Assembly: GCA_032718475.1 (NCBI GenBank)
Contig: JAUCBJ010001950.1
Span: 1-51,755, forward strand
Length of the DNA: 51,755 nt
Origin: Nemertoderma westbladi
Taxonomy: Eukaryota > Animalia > Xenacoelomorpha
Reading direction: 5' to 3'
The position numbers were made by a program, and so were the translations under genes. The notes under the pieces are model-generated. The model saw only the letters and a program-made list of their open reading frames with translations. It was not told the DNA's origin and ran no database searches. Positions 11,204-22,910 of the stretch are shown here, piece by piece (within the stretch, counting starts at the first letter, position 1; the number at the start of each line of letters is the position of its first letter).

Positions 11204-14200
11204 ATGCCTATGTCACCAAAATTTGTTGACTGTCCTGTCTGCAATAAGAACATGCGTAGTGACAATCTCAACAAACATCTCGCAACTCATTTTAAACAAT
11301 ATTCATGCGATTGTTGTGACACCTGGTCCTCCGATAAGAAAACTATGGTTAGCCATCTAGCGCTATGTACGCAAGGTGGGACTGGGTTCAGATTTATCAA
11401 CGAAGAAAACACTTGCAAGTGTGGCGAATCATTCACTTTATCAGCCTTTAAAGAACACGATTGCTATACGCGACTCTTCTCTCGGAAACGCAAACAATCT
11501 CAAGCGCTTTTGTCACCACCACCTCCACCAAACATTCAATCTCCAAGGGTTGGCCCTTCTACTTCAAGACAACAGACTGGAGGTTCGAGCAACAACCCAT
11601 TTTTACCACCCGTGAATAGCTCATCCCACAACCGCTTATTTACATATACAAACACGTTACTTACACCACAATTAGATGTGGAGTTAACACTTAGAGAAAA
11701 TGAAAGTAATATTTGGGATAGAGTGAGTCAACATTTTAATAATGAATTTAATTTTAAAAAAGTTTGGTTAACTATTTCTATCTTAATGGAAAGGGAGACA
11801 TCTGAGGGTACACAATTAGAAACCTTCAGTTTCAAATCAAATGCTTCAAATAATCAAATAACTTCTAATTTAGATTTTGAAAACTGGTTTTCGCAAACTA
11901 TCGAACGAATAGATGAATTAATAGCAGTCTTTGTTTGCATGGGCAGTGGTTGGAATATTGTTTCAATTAAAGAAATCAATTTACAAATTTCTACCTTCAA
12001 TCGCAACCCCTATTTAAAAGGACACGGTGATGGTTATATTCCTAAAATTTTAGCAAAGAAGCAGTGCATTATTAACTTAGATTGTCCCATTGGGGAATGT
12101 TTTAAGTACGCAGTAGTTGCCGCTGCTTGCTATAAAAAAATTGAAAGAAAGAAACAAAACATTAGTCGATTGTCAACATATACCCCATACATGGCCATGT
12201 TTGATTTCAGTACGATGAGTTTCCCAGTAGATAGAGTAGTAGGCATCCCACGTTTTTTAGAAACCAACCCTTTGTACTGCATTAATTTATTATTTTGGAG
12301 TACTGATAACATATTGAGCATTCTATCACAACCAGATTCAGAACATTGCTTCCAAAAAACTGTTTTAAATTTAATGTTTATAGAAGGTAATCAAAACAAT
12401 CCAGGACATTACTGCGCAATTGTCAACCTAAATAGACTTATTAATAAAACAGGACAAAAGAACAAATCAATTTGTGAGCGTTGTCTGAGAGCTTTTTATA
12501 CTAATAACTCATTGCAAACTCATCGGGAACTATGTTACACGAGCAAACGACAATTGGAACAAATGCCTACACCTGACAAATTAAAAATTAAATTCAATCG
12601 ATTAGATAAAACATTATCCCCTCCCTTTTGCATATATGCTGATATTGAAAGTGTTTTAGAACCTACATCAAACCCTAAATTAGTTCAAAAGCACATTGCT
12701 AGCGCCGCCGCATTTTATACAGTACCCAATCGCGAGCTAATAAACCCCCCACAAACATCATTACAAATGTTTAGAGACACTGGAACAAACCATGTTATAG
12801 ACGATTTTCTCACTGCTCTCGAATCACACTGTAGGGAATTATACGAGTGGACTATTTCTGGCACAAACACCAACGTTCCTAAACATTTGACTCGAGCACA
12901 GCAACAAAATTTTGATACTGCTACAAACTGTTACACTTGTAACTGTTCTCTAACACCCGATTCATATGGACTGAATCTAGCAGAAAATCTCAATACTAAA
13001 GTTTGTGACCACAACCATCTAACGGGAGCCTATCGTGGGGCGGCATGTGTTAGTTGTAACCGCAAACTTTCTCTTAAACGCAATAAATTTTATGTAGTGC
13101 TACACAACCTGAGGCATTACGATTCCCATTTAATATTAAAAGAAGGTCTGAAAAACAGTTCTAGAATTCATTGGAAGATAAAAGTAATTCCAAAGAACAC
13201 TGAGACTTATATCAATATAGAAATATCATTTCCTATAGACAAAACCATGCAGACAGCAAATGCAAAAGAAAGTATTGTCATCAATCTTCTAGACTCTCTA
13301 CAGTTCATGACAGCTAGTCTAGATAAGCTCAGTAGTTATCTTACTGCAAACAATTCTGATCTAACAAAAGCTATCCCACACACTTTGAAACAAATGAAAA
13401 ATCTTTATCCCAATATTAGCGATTCCACTATTAAAAATAAAGGTATATTTCCTTATAGCTATATACAATCCATAACAAACTTATACGAAACTCAATTACC
13501 ACAAATCGAGAGTTTCTATAATGATTTACAGCTTGAAGACTGTAGCGAGCATAACTATCAGAGTGCCCAAACTAGTTGGGTTGAGCTTCAATGTCAAAAC
13601 ATATTTGATTATATGATGGGATACTTGGCTCTAGATGTCACACTTCTCGCGGATACTTTCCAACAGTTTAGGGAACTATGTTTCTCCAATTATGGGTTAG
13701 ATCCTCTGCATTATTATACTTCACCAGGGTTAACGTACGATGCAGCATTGAAATTTACAAACAGTGAAATTGAACTACTATCTGATGGAACTATTTACGC
13801 AGATTTTGAAAATAATATTCGTGGAGGGCTTGTATTTCTGAATACACACTTAGAGGAAGCTAATATACCTGGCAAACCAGAATACAACCCCTGTAAACCA
13901 GAAAAATACCTAATTCCTCTCGATGCAAATAACCTTTATGGTTCTGCTCTCTCTCAGAAGCTCCCCTGCAGTAATATGAAAATCGTCGATACACCAATAG
14001 ATCTGGCTACAGTTGATGCCACTGGGTCAGTAGGATATTACTGCATCGTTGACCTCGAATATCCCCGAGAGATGACCGAGAAACTGCTGACCTACCACTA
14101 GGAGCGGAAAAAATGTCAATTCCCAAGAGCTTCCTCAGTACATACATGCAAGACCTCTGGCAACATTATAATCTCAATGATCAAGGGACCTATAAGCAAT

Positions 14201-15300
14201 ATAATGAGAAATATAGTAAACTGATTCTTCATCAATTCAAAAAAACTAATTATGGTATTCATATAAAATTACTCCAATTATACTTAAAATTAGGACTTCA
14301 AATAACACAGGTGCATAAAGTATACTCCTTCACTCAAAAATACATATTCAGAGACTATATCTCGTTTAATACATCCAAACGACAATCCGCTAAAAATGCA
14401 TTCGAAGTTTTATTTTATAAACTACTCAACAACTCACTCTATGGGAAAAGTCTTCAGAAGGTACGAGACCGGTTATCATTCCGACTCTGTACATCTCCAG
14501 AACAGTGTGACCTGCTATTATCAAAACCAAATCATGAGCGCTTCATCTCATTCTCCCCCTATCTCAGTGGTCACACTTTTACTAAAGAAGTAGCAGTACT
14601 CAATCAAGCTGTATTTATTGGGGCAACCATCTTAGATCTTTCAAAGCTAGAGATGTATGATTACTATTACTGTAAACTGAAACCTCTCGAAGAAAAGCTG
14701 AGATGTGAAATTCGAGCCTTAGCCGGGGACACGGACAGTTTCTTTCTTTCGGTTACCGGTGTTGAGCACAAAATATTCCTAGAAGCCATGTTTAACTCCG
14801 GCTTTCTAGACACTTCAAATTACGACCCCTCACACCCCCTCTTTACAAATCAAAACAAGGCTTCCTTAGGTTTTTTGAAAGATGAAAGTAGAGGTCTATT
14901 ATACAAATCATTTGTATTTTTAAAACCGAAAATGTATTCATTCGAGGCATACGACGCGCAACCAAAGCGGACTTGCAAAGGAATTTCAAAAAATATTGTA
15001 GCCAAGCAATTAACACATAAACACTATTTAGACTGCTTTATCAACGAATCAACAGATTACACAAACAATACAATATTTACTTCTAGGGAGCATCAAATGT
15101 TTACGGGGAGAATAAAAAAAAAAACATTAAGTCTCTGGGATACAAAATCATTCTGGATGACGAAATATTACAGTAGACCATATGGCCACTATATTACAGG
15201 ATTAACTAAACCAACAAAAAAAAACTGTAATACCACCTTATTTAGTTGCAGAATAAAATGCCATACAAAGCAAGCAGCGGATCAACACCAATTCAAATAA
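11204..15300 (+). pseudogene. polB: Protein-primed family B DNA polymerase (N-terminal Zn fingers, TP/vOTU-like region, EndoVII/HNH insertion), split by a 1-nt frameshift at ~14082
   Basis: ExoI YADIES, HNLRHYDSH, KGIFPY, DANNLYG, KLLNNSLYGK, GDTDS and KGI motifs; DHNHLTGAYRGAACVSCN insertion. Adding one A at GAGAAA restores EKTADLPLGAEKM and joins ORFs 11204-14101 and 14113-15300. Confidence 0.95.
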
Positions 15301-15782
15301 TCAATCGTCAATATACAGCTCAAACTGAATTTCCAATTGATATAATCAAAGTTTCTCAACAACTAAAAGGTCAGATGCGGCAAAAACCAAAAATGTTTGT
15401 GTATAAGACTGGATCTGCGACAATTATGCTATTCCCAACTGGTTCAATAACAATAGTGGGTCCATGTAAAAATGTTTGTAGTGATTTACTTTATCTGAAA
15501 CAATGTACCAACATACTAATTAAGAAAATTAAATTAAATACAGTGACCAGACTAATTAAGTTACCATCTCTTAATTTTAAATCATTAAGTAAAAAGTGTG
15601 GACATCATTTTGTAAACAATGTAAAGGTATATATTGATTTTACACCGGAGCTCTTTTGTGGAATTCGGTTGTATATTGGGCGATGTTATTTCAGTGTCTT
15701 TCACTCAATGAAAGTTATAAGTATGTGTCCTGTTGGTGATTTTGAAGAAGCTCTTATTATATTATTTAGTTTATTGAATTAA
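15258..15782 (+). CDS. Divergent TATA-binding protein (TBP)-fold protein, 174 aa
   Basis: Two TBP-like repeats: IQIINRQYTA..FPIDI, TIMLFPTGSITIVG (cf. LIFSSGKMVCTG), FTPELFCGI (cf. YEPELFPGL), SVFHSMKV (cf. IFVSGKV). ATG at 15258 overlaps the polB end. Confidence 0.75.
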   Translation: MPYKASSGSTPIQIINRQYTAQTEFPIDIIKVSQQLKGQMRQKPKMFVYKTGSATIMLFPTGSITIVGPCKNVCSDLLYLKQCTNILIKKIKLNTVTRLIKLPSLNFKSLSKKCGHHFVNNVKVYIDFTPELFCGIRLYIGRCYFSVFHSMKVISMCPVGDFEEALIILFSLLN

Positions 15783-16302
15783 TAAGTAAAATTATCTCTC
15801 AATATACTATATCATTATACTGTATATGTTTTTGTATTATTCAGGTGATTATATTATCTCTCAATATACTACATGTCATTATACTGTATGTGCGGTTTTA
15901 TATATTTATGTGATTATACTGTATGTGGTTCTATATATTCATGTAACATATATACTAATTATAGTTTTATTAAATTTAAGTAAAAAATATATTGATTTAT
16001 ATTATTAATAACATCTTACCTTGAGAACAATTCTCCCAATCTTTGCAAGTAATGGGGACCCACCTCTCCTCACCAAACCCTTCCCAAAAAGTCCGTAAGG
16101 CCAAGGTTTACTGCACTTGTTCTCCATTGGGTGATTAGTTGTTAAACTGGTGAATTCATTATATAAATTTAAATATTTACTAAAGCCGCTAGATGGCATG
16201 CATTTGTGACGCGAACATTAGTTTCATATTATACTGTATAAACGTTAAAAGTCAATTATTATTTTAATAGATATAATAATAATTGTATTATAAAAGGAAA
16301 AC

Positions 16303-16857
16303 ATGATGGATATAGTAGATATGTTATTAAATAGGAAATTGATCTTTAACGAAACCCCAAACAGTATTACTTGGTTTTATGGACAGACGAAACCAATAAT
16401 TAAAGGGGTTAATATTACCGCTTTAAATGAAATTCCAGAACACTTTAATGAAAATGTGAAAAACCATTCTATCATTATAATCGACGATTTGATGGCAGAA
16501 CTACAAAATTCCAAACAAGCGACTACGCTATTTACTAAAGTAGCTCGACATACAAATTCATTGGTAATTTTTCTCACTCAAAACCTTTATCAAAAAGGAG
16601 GAGAATCTAGGACCCGTTCCATTAATTCCACATATTTCTTATTGTTCAAAAATCCGAGGGATCAGACACAGATAAGAACTTTAGCCTATCAGATGAAACC
16701 AAATACACCCAAATTCTTAATCGCGGCATTTCAAGACGCAACAAAGGTTCCCTTTAACCCACTTCTTATTGATTTTCATCAATTAACGAATGATAGCCTA
16801 CGTATACGTGGGTATTTATTTACAAATGAACATTGTGTTAATCAACCCGTGTCGTAA
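16303..16857 (+). CDS. FtsK/A32-like packaging ATPase, apparently lacking Walker A
   Basis: Walker B IIIIDDLM, ARH, IFLTQNL and FKNPRD motifs; an in-frame TAA at 16291 lies where GxxGxGKT is expected. Confidence 0.88.
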   Translation: MMDIVDMLLNRKLIFNETPNSITWFYGQTKPIIKGVNITALNEIPEHFNENVKNHSIIIIDDLMAELQNSKQATTLFTKVARHTNSLVIFLTQNLYQKGGESRTRSINSTYFLLFKNPRDQTQIRTLAYQMKPNTPKFLIAAFQDATKVPFNPLLIDFHQLTNDSLRIRGYLFTNEHCVNQPVS

Positions 16858-16971
16858 TATACGTAGAAGAATGCTTCTATTAGCAATTGTCTGTTATTTA
16901 GTTATATTATACTTATTTGTGGTTTATCATCGACAAAGGTTTCTTAAATTTCTTAATATTATAGAACAAGT

Positions 16972-17313
16972 ATGGAACTTAATATACGAAAGTATAGGAA
17001 AGAACTAGAATTTTTGAAAAATAGCAACGCGTTAGCGCGGGGAGCATTTATTCGAAAAAAAGCTAGTAGCGAATTAATACGACTTCTCGTTAATATTACA
17101 CTGAATACGCTCTATGGGAATATAAATATTGATGGAAAGATTGTTAAAAAATTGAAGCCATATAAGAAATATATGAGGCGATTGAAATCGAAAAATTCAG
17201 TTTCACTTCAAAGACATTCTCTCTCTCAGGCTGGGGGGTTCCTTCCACTTATTTTGCCACTGTTGATAGGCGCCACAAACATTGCCACAACTGTTGCCAC
17301 AGCGTTAACATAG
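16972..17313 (+). CDS. Polinton basic virion protein with adenovirus pX-like hydrophobic tail
   Basis: Basic helical N-part, then QAGG|FLPLILPLLIGA, resembling the protease-site plus hydrophobic tail of adenovirus pX (GGILPLLIPLI). Confidence 0.75.
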   Translation: MELNIRKYRKELEFLKNSNALARGAFIRKKASSELIRLLVNITLNTLYGNINIDGKIVKKLKPYKKYMRRLKSKNSVSLQRHSLSQAGGFLPLILPLLIGATNIATTVATALT

Positions 17314-17315
17314 CC

Positions 17316-17438
17316 ATGTCATTCAAGAAACTATATTTAATAACCCCCGAACAACATGCTAGGTTGCAACCAACACAGTTGAAAACTAAACCTTTAATTA
17401 AAGAAAAAAGAAAAAAGGTCAAAATAAACGGACAATAA
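17316..17438 (+). CDS. Small basic ORF (MSFKKLYLITPEQ...), possibly frameshifted in an A-run
   Basis: ATG 2 nt after the preceding stop; 40 aa, Lys-rich; a basic frame continues to ~17497 in another frame. Confidence 0.35.
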   Translation: MSFKKLYLITPEQHARLQPTQLKTKPLIKEKRKKVKINGQ

Positions 17439-17566
17439 ACGATAGAAGAAAAGTGTTGAAACTGTTTGATTATACGCGCCGCAAATCGCGAAAATAATGT
17501 CTTGGTTAAAAAAACTTTCAGTAACTTGCAATTTTCGTTGTCTATGCAATTCTAGCAGTGTTACCT

Positions 17567-18637
17567 ATGGTTATGATCAACAAGATGGTAGAAAAACGCT
17601 TAGCCAAAGCTTACTACAATCCTTCAAGTGTTGCAGGGTTTTCCACTGTAGGAAAGCTAGCAAAAGAGACGGGAGTCAATCCAAAACTCGTGAAAAGATG
17701 GCTTCAAAGTCAGCCGACCTATACATTGCATGCCCCAGCGAGGCGTCTGTTTCCCACAAGCCGAATGTATTTTTATGGAATTAGTGACACCATTCAGGCA
17801 GATTTAATAGATATGCAAAAATATCGCGCAACAAACTCAGGTTATGGATATATTCTAACCGCAATCAACTGTTTTAGTAAGAAGGGGTGGGCATTACCAT
17901 TGAAACGGAAGACTGGTATTGAAATTAAACATGCAATACAGTCTATTTTTACTGAAGAAGTACCACGTAATTTATGTACAGATCAAGGGTTGGAATTCGA
18001 TAATAAAGTTGTACTCAATTACTTGAAAATGAAAAAAGTTAAATATTATACAACACGATCGCAGTTCAAAGCAGCCATTTGCGAAAGGTATAATAGAACG
18101 TTAAAGACAAAGATGTATAAAATTTTTAGTAGAAGAGGCAACCATAAGTGGCTTGCTATTCTACCAAAAATTGTATACTCTTATAATAATTCTATACATA
18201 GATCTATTGGAATACCCCCAATTCAAGTCAATAAGTCGAATGAAGATAACGTGAGAAGAAAACTCTATGGAAATTTAGCTAAAATCATTGTAACAAAACC
18301 CAAATTGAGAATAGGTGACAATGTGCGACTTAATATAGCTAAAACGGCGTTTGAAAAAGGTTATACAAAAAATTGGACCGGTGAGGTGTTTACTGTAAAA
18401 CGTATAAGACTAGATCGTTTTCCTCAGCCTATGTATCATATAATAGATTCAGTTGATAGAGAAATAGAAGGAACATTTTACCCTCACGAATTGCAAAAGG
18501 TTACACAAACAACTGATATTCAGCCAATCGAGTCCATTTTGAAGTCTCGAATAAAAAATGGTCGGAAGGAATTCCTTGTAAAATTTAAAAACTATAAACG
18601 GAACTCTTGGTTGAACGAGTCCCAACTACGTAAATAA
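17567..18637 (+). CDS. int: Retroviral-like DDE integrase with C-terminal chromodomain
   Basis: YYNP..GF, YTLH, IQAD, TDQGLEF, ERYNRTLK and HRSIG motifs; chromo-like IESILKSR..GRKEFLVKF..NSW. The start may be ATG 17585. Confidence 0.95.
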   Translation: MVMINKMVEKRLAKAYYNPSSVAGFSTVGKLAKETGVNPKLVKRWLQSQPTYTLHAPARRLFPTSRMYFYGISDTIQADLIDMQKYRATNSGYGYILTAINCFSKKGWALPLKRKTGIEIKHAIQSIFTEEVPRNLCTDQGLEFDNKVVLNYLKMKKVKYYTTRSQFKAAICERYNRTLKTKMYKIFSRRGNHKWLAILPKIVYSYNNSIHRSIGIPPIQVNKSNEDNVRRKLYGNLAKIIVTKPKLRIGDNVRLNIAKTAFEKGYTKNWTGEVFTVKRIRLDRFPQPMYHIIDSVDREIEGTFYPHELQKVTQTTDIQPIESILKSRIKNGRKEFLVKFKNYKRNSWLNESQLRK

Positions 18638-18647
18638 ATCAACAAAA

Positions 18648-19475
18648 ATGAATAACTATATAACTTTATTCTCAAATGGACCTACAAACAAATTTCCTAA
18701 TAACACCCTTTCGAAATTTACGGTTGATCTACCATATACAATCAATTTCAGTGGTAATGTAGAAGTGGGACTATCTGAAATTCAATACTGTTCCTCATTC
18801 TATAATATACGTCAACAATCTCTGTTTACAATTTATTATGGAGATAGGTCATCGCAAGTTGTTATATTTGAAGCAGGACTATATACGAGTGTAAAAGCCA
18901 TTATTAATAAAATCAATCAACAAATTGATCACCCGAAGTGGCCCCAAATTCAATATTTCAAATACTCAAATAAAATCGAGCTCGCTACTTCGCAACACTT
19001 TTCTTTTGAAATTACTGGAGATTTGATTACAATACTCGGTTTTGAGGAGTTTATGCAGGATTATGATCCGAGGGATGTACCTTATCTAGCTAATTGGTAT
19101 GATTATTGGAGTGTAAATGTTAGTGAATTTGGCTCTTTAACATTCAAACAGCAACCGGGCCAGCGTGCTCAATTTAGAGGGATTTGTCCCTTTTCTTGCG
19201 ATTTAGTCTTAGGGCGACATAATTTGTTTATCTATAGTGACATTACTTCTCATGTGACTGTAGGAAATATGACAGCACCGTTATTACGCACGGTACCTCT
19301 CGAACTTGAGCATAATAAAGTTATAACGCGCGAATTTAAAAAAATTTATTACAGACCAGTTGCTAGAACAGTTGTTAATCAGATAAATATTGAATTACGC
19401 AACGAAAAAGGAGAACTAATATTATTTAATGGAGGTGCAACAATAATTACCCTACACTTAAAAAGTAAGCCATAA
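18648..19475 (+). CDS. Minor capsid protein (penton) 1
   Basis: YITLFSN..FPNNT.SKF.V.LP..EVGLSEI N-terminal motif; FIYSDI..VG..PLLR..Y.PV..I.I.L C-terminal motif typical of Polinton pentons. Confidence 0.85.
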   Translation: MNNYITLFSNGPTNKFPNNTLSKFTVDLPYTINFSGNVEVGLSEIQYCSSFYNIRQQSLFTIYYGDRSSQVVIFEAGLYTSVKAIINKINQQIDHPKWPQIQYFKYSNKIELATSQHFSFEITGDLITILGFEEFMQDYDPRDVPYLANWYDYWSVNVSEFGSLTFKQQPGQRAQFRGICPFSCDLVLGRHNLFIYSDITSHVTVGNMTAPLLRTVPLELEHNKVITREFKKIYYRPVARTVVNQINIELRNEKGELILFNGGATIITLHLKSKP

Positions 19476-20269
19476 TGGAGAAAATATTATATTTACCCTC
19501 AAATTCTTCGCCTAAACGATTTCCGTTAAACCAACCTTCTAACTTTAATGTGGAACTATCTGAACCATTGCGTTTTAGTGGAAAGTGGATGGTGGGTCTG
19601 TCAGAAATTGTTTACCTCTCCTCGGTTCATAATTTAGAAGATACATTCATTTATATTCGGAGTTTACAAGGAACTAAAAGAAAATATATAAAGCCATCTG
19701 GTTGCTATACTGATGTGGAGGCGTTGCTTACACAGCTAAATATAGATGGTCTCAATTCCCATTTAGAAATAAGACAAAATGAGCTTTATGACAACATTAG
19801 TATTCAGTTTATCGACGAAAGTAAAGTTGTTCGTTTTTATGGAAATAAGTTGATTGAGTTACTTGGATTGCGGGGATTAGAAAATGAGTATTATGTTAAT
19901 AAAAATAAATTTCTTGTTAGCCTAAAAAATGATTATCTACAAATAACGCGAAGGGGGGAAATAGAGGGTGATTCTGATATATTACATATTCAAAAAGCAG
20001 CAAATGTTTTTATGGGAAACATTAGTATATTTTCAAATATTTGCGGAAATGAGATTGTTGGAAATCAACTGAAACCCCTCTTAAGATCTATTCCTTATCA
20101 AGGAGATTATGGTAAGCTTGTTCATCATGAATTCACAAATATTAATTATAAATCCAATGATATGCAAAATATAGAAACAATAAATATACAGTTAAAAAAT
20201 GATCGAGATGAATTCATAAAGTTTAATAATGGTACTGTAATTGCGACATTAATTTTGAAACGCCAATAA
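19475..20269 (+). CDS. Minor capsid protein (penton) 2, tandem paralog
   Basis: Same N-terminal (LPSN..FP.N..S.F.V.L..VGLSEI) and C-terminal (VG..PLLR..I.I.L.N..F..G) motifs; TAATG stop/start overlap. Confidence 0.85.
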   Translation: MEKILYLPSNSSPKRFPLNQPSNFNVELSEPLRFSGKWMVGLSEIVYLSSVHNLEDTFIYIRSLQGTKRKYIKPSGCYTDVEALLTQLNIDGLNSHLEIRQNELYDNISIQFIDESKVVRFYGNKLIELLGLRGLENEYYVNKNKFLVSLKNDYLQITRRGEIEGDSDILHIQKAANVFMGNISIFSNICGNEIVGNQLKPLLRSIPYQGDYGKLVHHEFTNINYKSNDMQNIETINIQLKNDRDEFIKFNNGTVIATLILKRQ

Positions 20270-20300
20270 ACGATAAATAAGGAAATATATTCAGGAAGCA

Positions 20301-20909
20301 ATGAGTTATAAAGATTATTATCAAAGGAGTTTGTAGAAAACATTACAGAGAACACTTTATAAGGTTATTCGCGGTGGTGTTAAAAATAAACAGACTGGGA
20401 CGATGAAGGGTCTCAGCTCAGAAATTGTTACACCCCCTTCCATAATGAGGCAACGATTACAATTATTAGAATGGAAACGAAAGGCGGGGGGAGGACTACC
20501 TTATTTTGAGGGGGGATATAGACATCGACACATGAACAGTCGCACAGTTTTTGTGAGACACGGTCAACGAGGTAAAGGTATCCTTGGAAATATTATTCGG
20601 ATTGCAACTAAAGTAGTGCCCAAAGTTATTAAGCCCGTCGCGCGAGCAGAAATTCGCAAAAGTGCTCCTTTTGTAAAAAAGACAGGGAGAAAAATTGTCA
20701 GACGAGTAATTCGTCGGGGAATTCCACAACTTAAAAAGATTGGAAAGAAATTAGCAGAACAGGCTCTCGCCAGCTCAAAACCTTCCACTAAACGAGTAGC
20801 TCATAAAATTATTGAAGAAGTTTTAAATGCTGCTGATGGGAGGTCAATAAACGAAACTCGCAAAAAACGCAAATCAAAAAAGCATCACTGTCCAGATATT
20901 TTTGGATAA
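20301..20909 (+). pseudogene. Basic core (pVII-like) protein with a premature TAG at 20334
   Basis: In-frame MSYKDYYQRSL*KTL..IRGG.. continues into ORF 20403-20909, with GGGLPYF, QRGKG, an Arg/Lys-rich body and a DIFG end. Confidence 0.65.
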
Positions 20910-20923
20910 ACTAAATAATAACA

Positions 20924-22174
20924 ATGGAAGAAACCACAGAAGAACTAAATTTATTTAATCGCAATAATGTTCAGACTGTAATTGAAGAAAGTTTTGAGCA
21001 GGAAATATACCCTGTGACTACATTGGGAGAGGGCACATCAGTTATAGATTTCATGATTGAAAAGTCAGAAGATTACTATATGATAGGAAATGAAACAACA
21101 CTACAATTAGTATATCGTGTTGTAACAACAACACGACCTGACAATGGCGCAGTTTATCAAACACCACTAAGCCTCTCTACTCTATTTTAAAACATTAGTG
21201 TTTTGATTAATGAGCGGGAGGTAGAGTCTAATACTGCAAACTATCCCTATAAAGCTTTCCTAAAAGCGGTCTTACTTAACGATCAGAGCACAAAAGAAAC
21301 GATTTTAGCTGCCGAAGGGTTTGCAGAACAAGAAGCATTTGGTGTTCCTGTAGACTTTGCTGCAGCTGCTCATTTGGAAAGTAAACCATATTATGTTCAG
21401 GGGTCTCTATTTGTTGACCTTTTTGAACAGGCTAAATTTATCCCACCCAAAACTAGTATAAGAATTAGATTAACAAGAGCTACAAATGCGTTTAACTTAG
21501 TATGTATTGCAGCTGTACAAGAGCCTCGAATCAATATATCTAATGCTTTGTTGAAAATTAAACGAGTAAAATTGGATCCATATATACGTCAACAACATAT
21601 AGAACAATTAAAAATAGGAGATTATATTTATCCAATTATACAGAATGAGGTGACAACCTTTACTATAGCAAATGGTCAACAATCTCATGTGAGGGAAAAT
21701 TTGTTTACAAGCAAGAATGTACCTCGCTTTGTTAATATTGTCATGGTTCGAAATGACTCTTACAATGGAAACTTAAGATCTAATTCACTATTGTTTGATC
21801 ACTTTAATGTGAATTACTTACAACTTACGCTGGATGGTAAGGTAATTGGAGGTGTGACATATAAACCAAATTTTGCTACTGGACAATATATTAATGAGTA
21901 TTGCGCCAGTCAAAAAAACCTGCTATCTATAACCAGAGGTACAAACAACGGCATTACTCCCACTAGATTTCGTGATTTATATCCAATATTTTCTTGGAAT
22001 TTATCCCCCATGGGATTTCTTGATGAAGACGAACGAAACCCACATCAAATAGGCAATGCTAGATTAGAGATTGCTTTCTCAGCTCCTTTACAAAATACAA
22101 TTAACGTTATTATGTGGGTGGGATATGATAGAACTGTGAATATCAGCAATGTCGGATCAGTAACTATTTTCTAG
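20924..22174 (+). pseudogene. Major capsid protein (double jelly-roll) with an in-frame TAA at 21188
   Basis: ELNLF..VQT..IYP, TLF*..INE..NYPYKA, LF.Q.K.IP..I.I.L.R, F.HFNV and G..RLEI.F..PL motifs. Both ORFs are in the same frame (~416 codons). Confidence 0.9.
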
Positions 22175-22184
22175 AAAGAAAAAC

Positions 22185-22613
22185 ATGTTGAACTCATATG
22201 ATTTGAATAATTTCCCTATAGGAGAACATTATCGTGGTTCTTTCGCCATTGATCAATTACCAGCGAAGGACGGCGCTAAAATGAGCTTCATTTCAAATAC
22301 TCAAGCCGCTCATTTACCTGGTATGCACTGGGTTGCTGTTTTTATGAATGAAAATATAGGTGAATACTTTGATTCATTTGGAGTGTTCCCCCCGGCTCGT
22401 ATAGAAGACTGGTTGTTGCGTAATACAATAAAATGGACAAGGACACGAAAAGTGGTTCAACATCCTCTAAGGACAAGTTGTGGGGGATACTGTTTATATT
22501 ACTTATCTGAACGATCAAAAACTGACACGCCTCTACGCAAGTTTGGAACAGACTTGAAACAAAATGAAAAGATACTTGCATGTTGGTTGCGGAACAAAGA
22601 CATAATGAATTGA
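22185..22613 (+). CDS. Adenain-like cysteine maturation protease
   Basis: Catalytic motifs GMHWVA, YFDSFG and Q....CGGYCLY. Confidence 0.93.
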   Translation: MLNSYDLNNFPIGEHYRGSFAIDQLPAKDGAKMSFISNTQAAHLPGMHWVAVFMNENIGEYFDSFGVFPPARIEDWLLRNTIKWTRTRKVVQHPLRTSCGGYCLYYLSERSKTDTPLRKFGTDLKQNEKILACWLRNKDIMN

Positions 22614-22910
22614 TATTATTAATTGTGTTACAATGTGTTATATCTTATGTGTTACAATGTGTTATATCTTAAATGTTACTCTGCTATATGTATATGTGTT
22701 ATGTTATAAATATATATTTCAATGTTGCTATATTAAAAATATGAAAATAGTCGACTATATTTCATTTTTCTTTTTTCAACTTTGGATAAATAATATAGGG
22801 GTTAAACAAAGAACATCAAAACAGTTAAACAGTTACATTTAACATTTAGACAGTAAACAGTAACAGTAAACATTTACATGACCAGTTACAATAGACAAGT
22901 AACATAAAGT

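Noticed and set aside
14060-14113. Programmed frameshift in polB
   Set aside because: No slippery heptamer; a single missing A explains it, as mutation or sequencing error.
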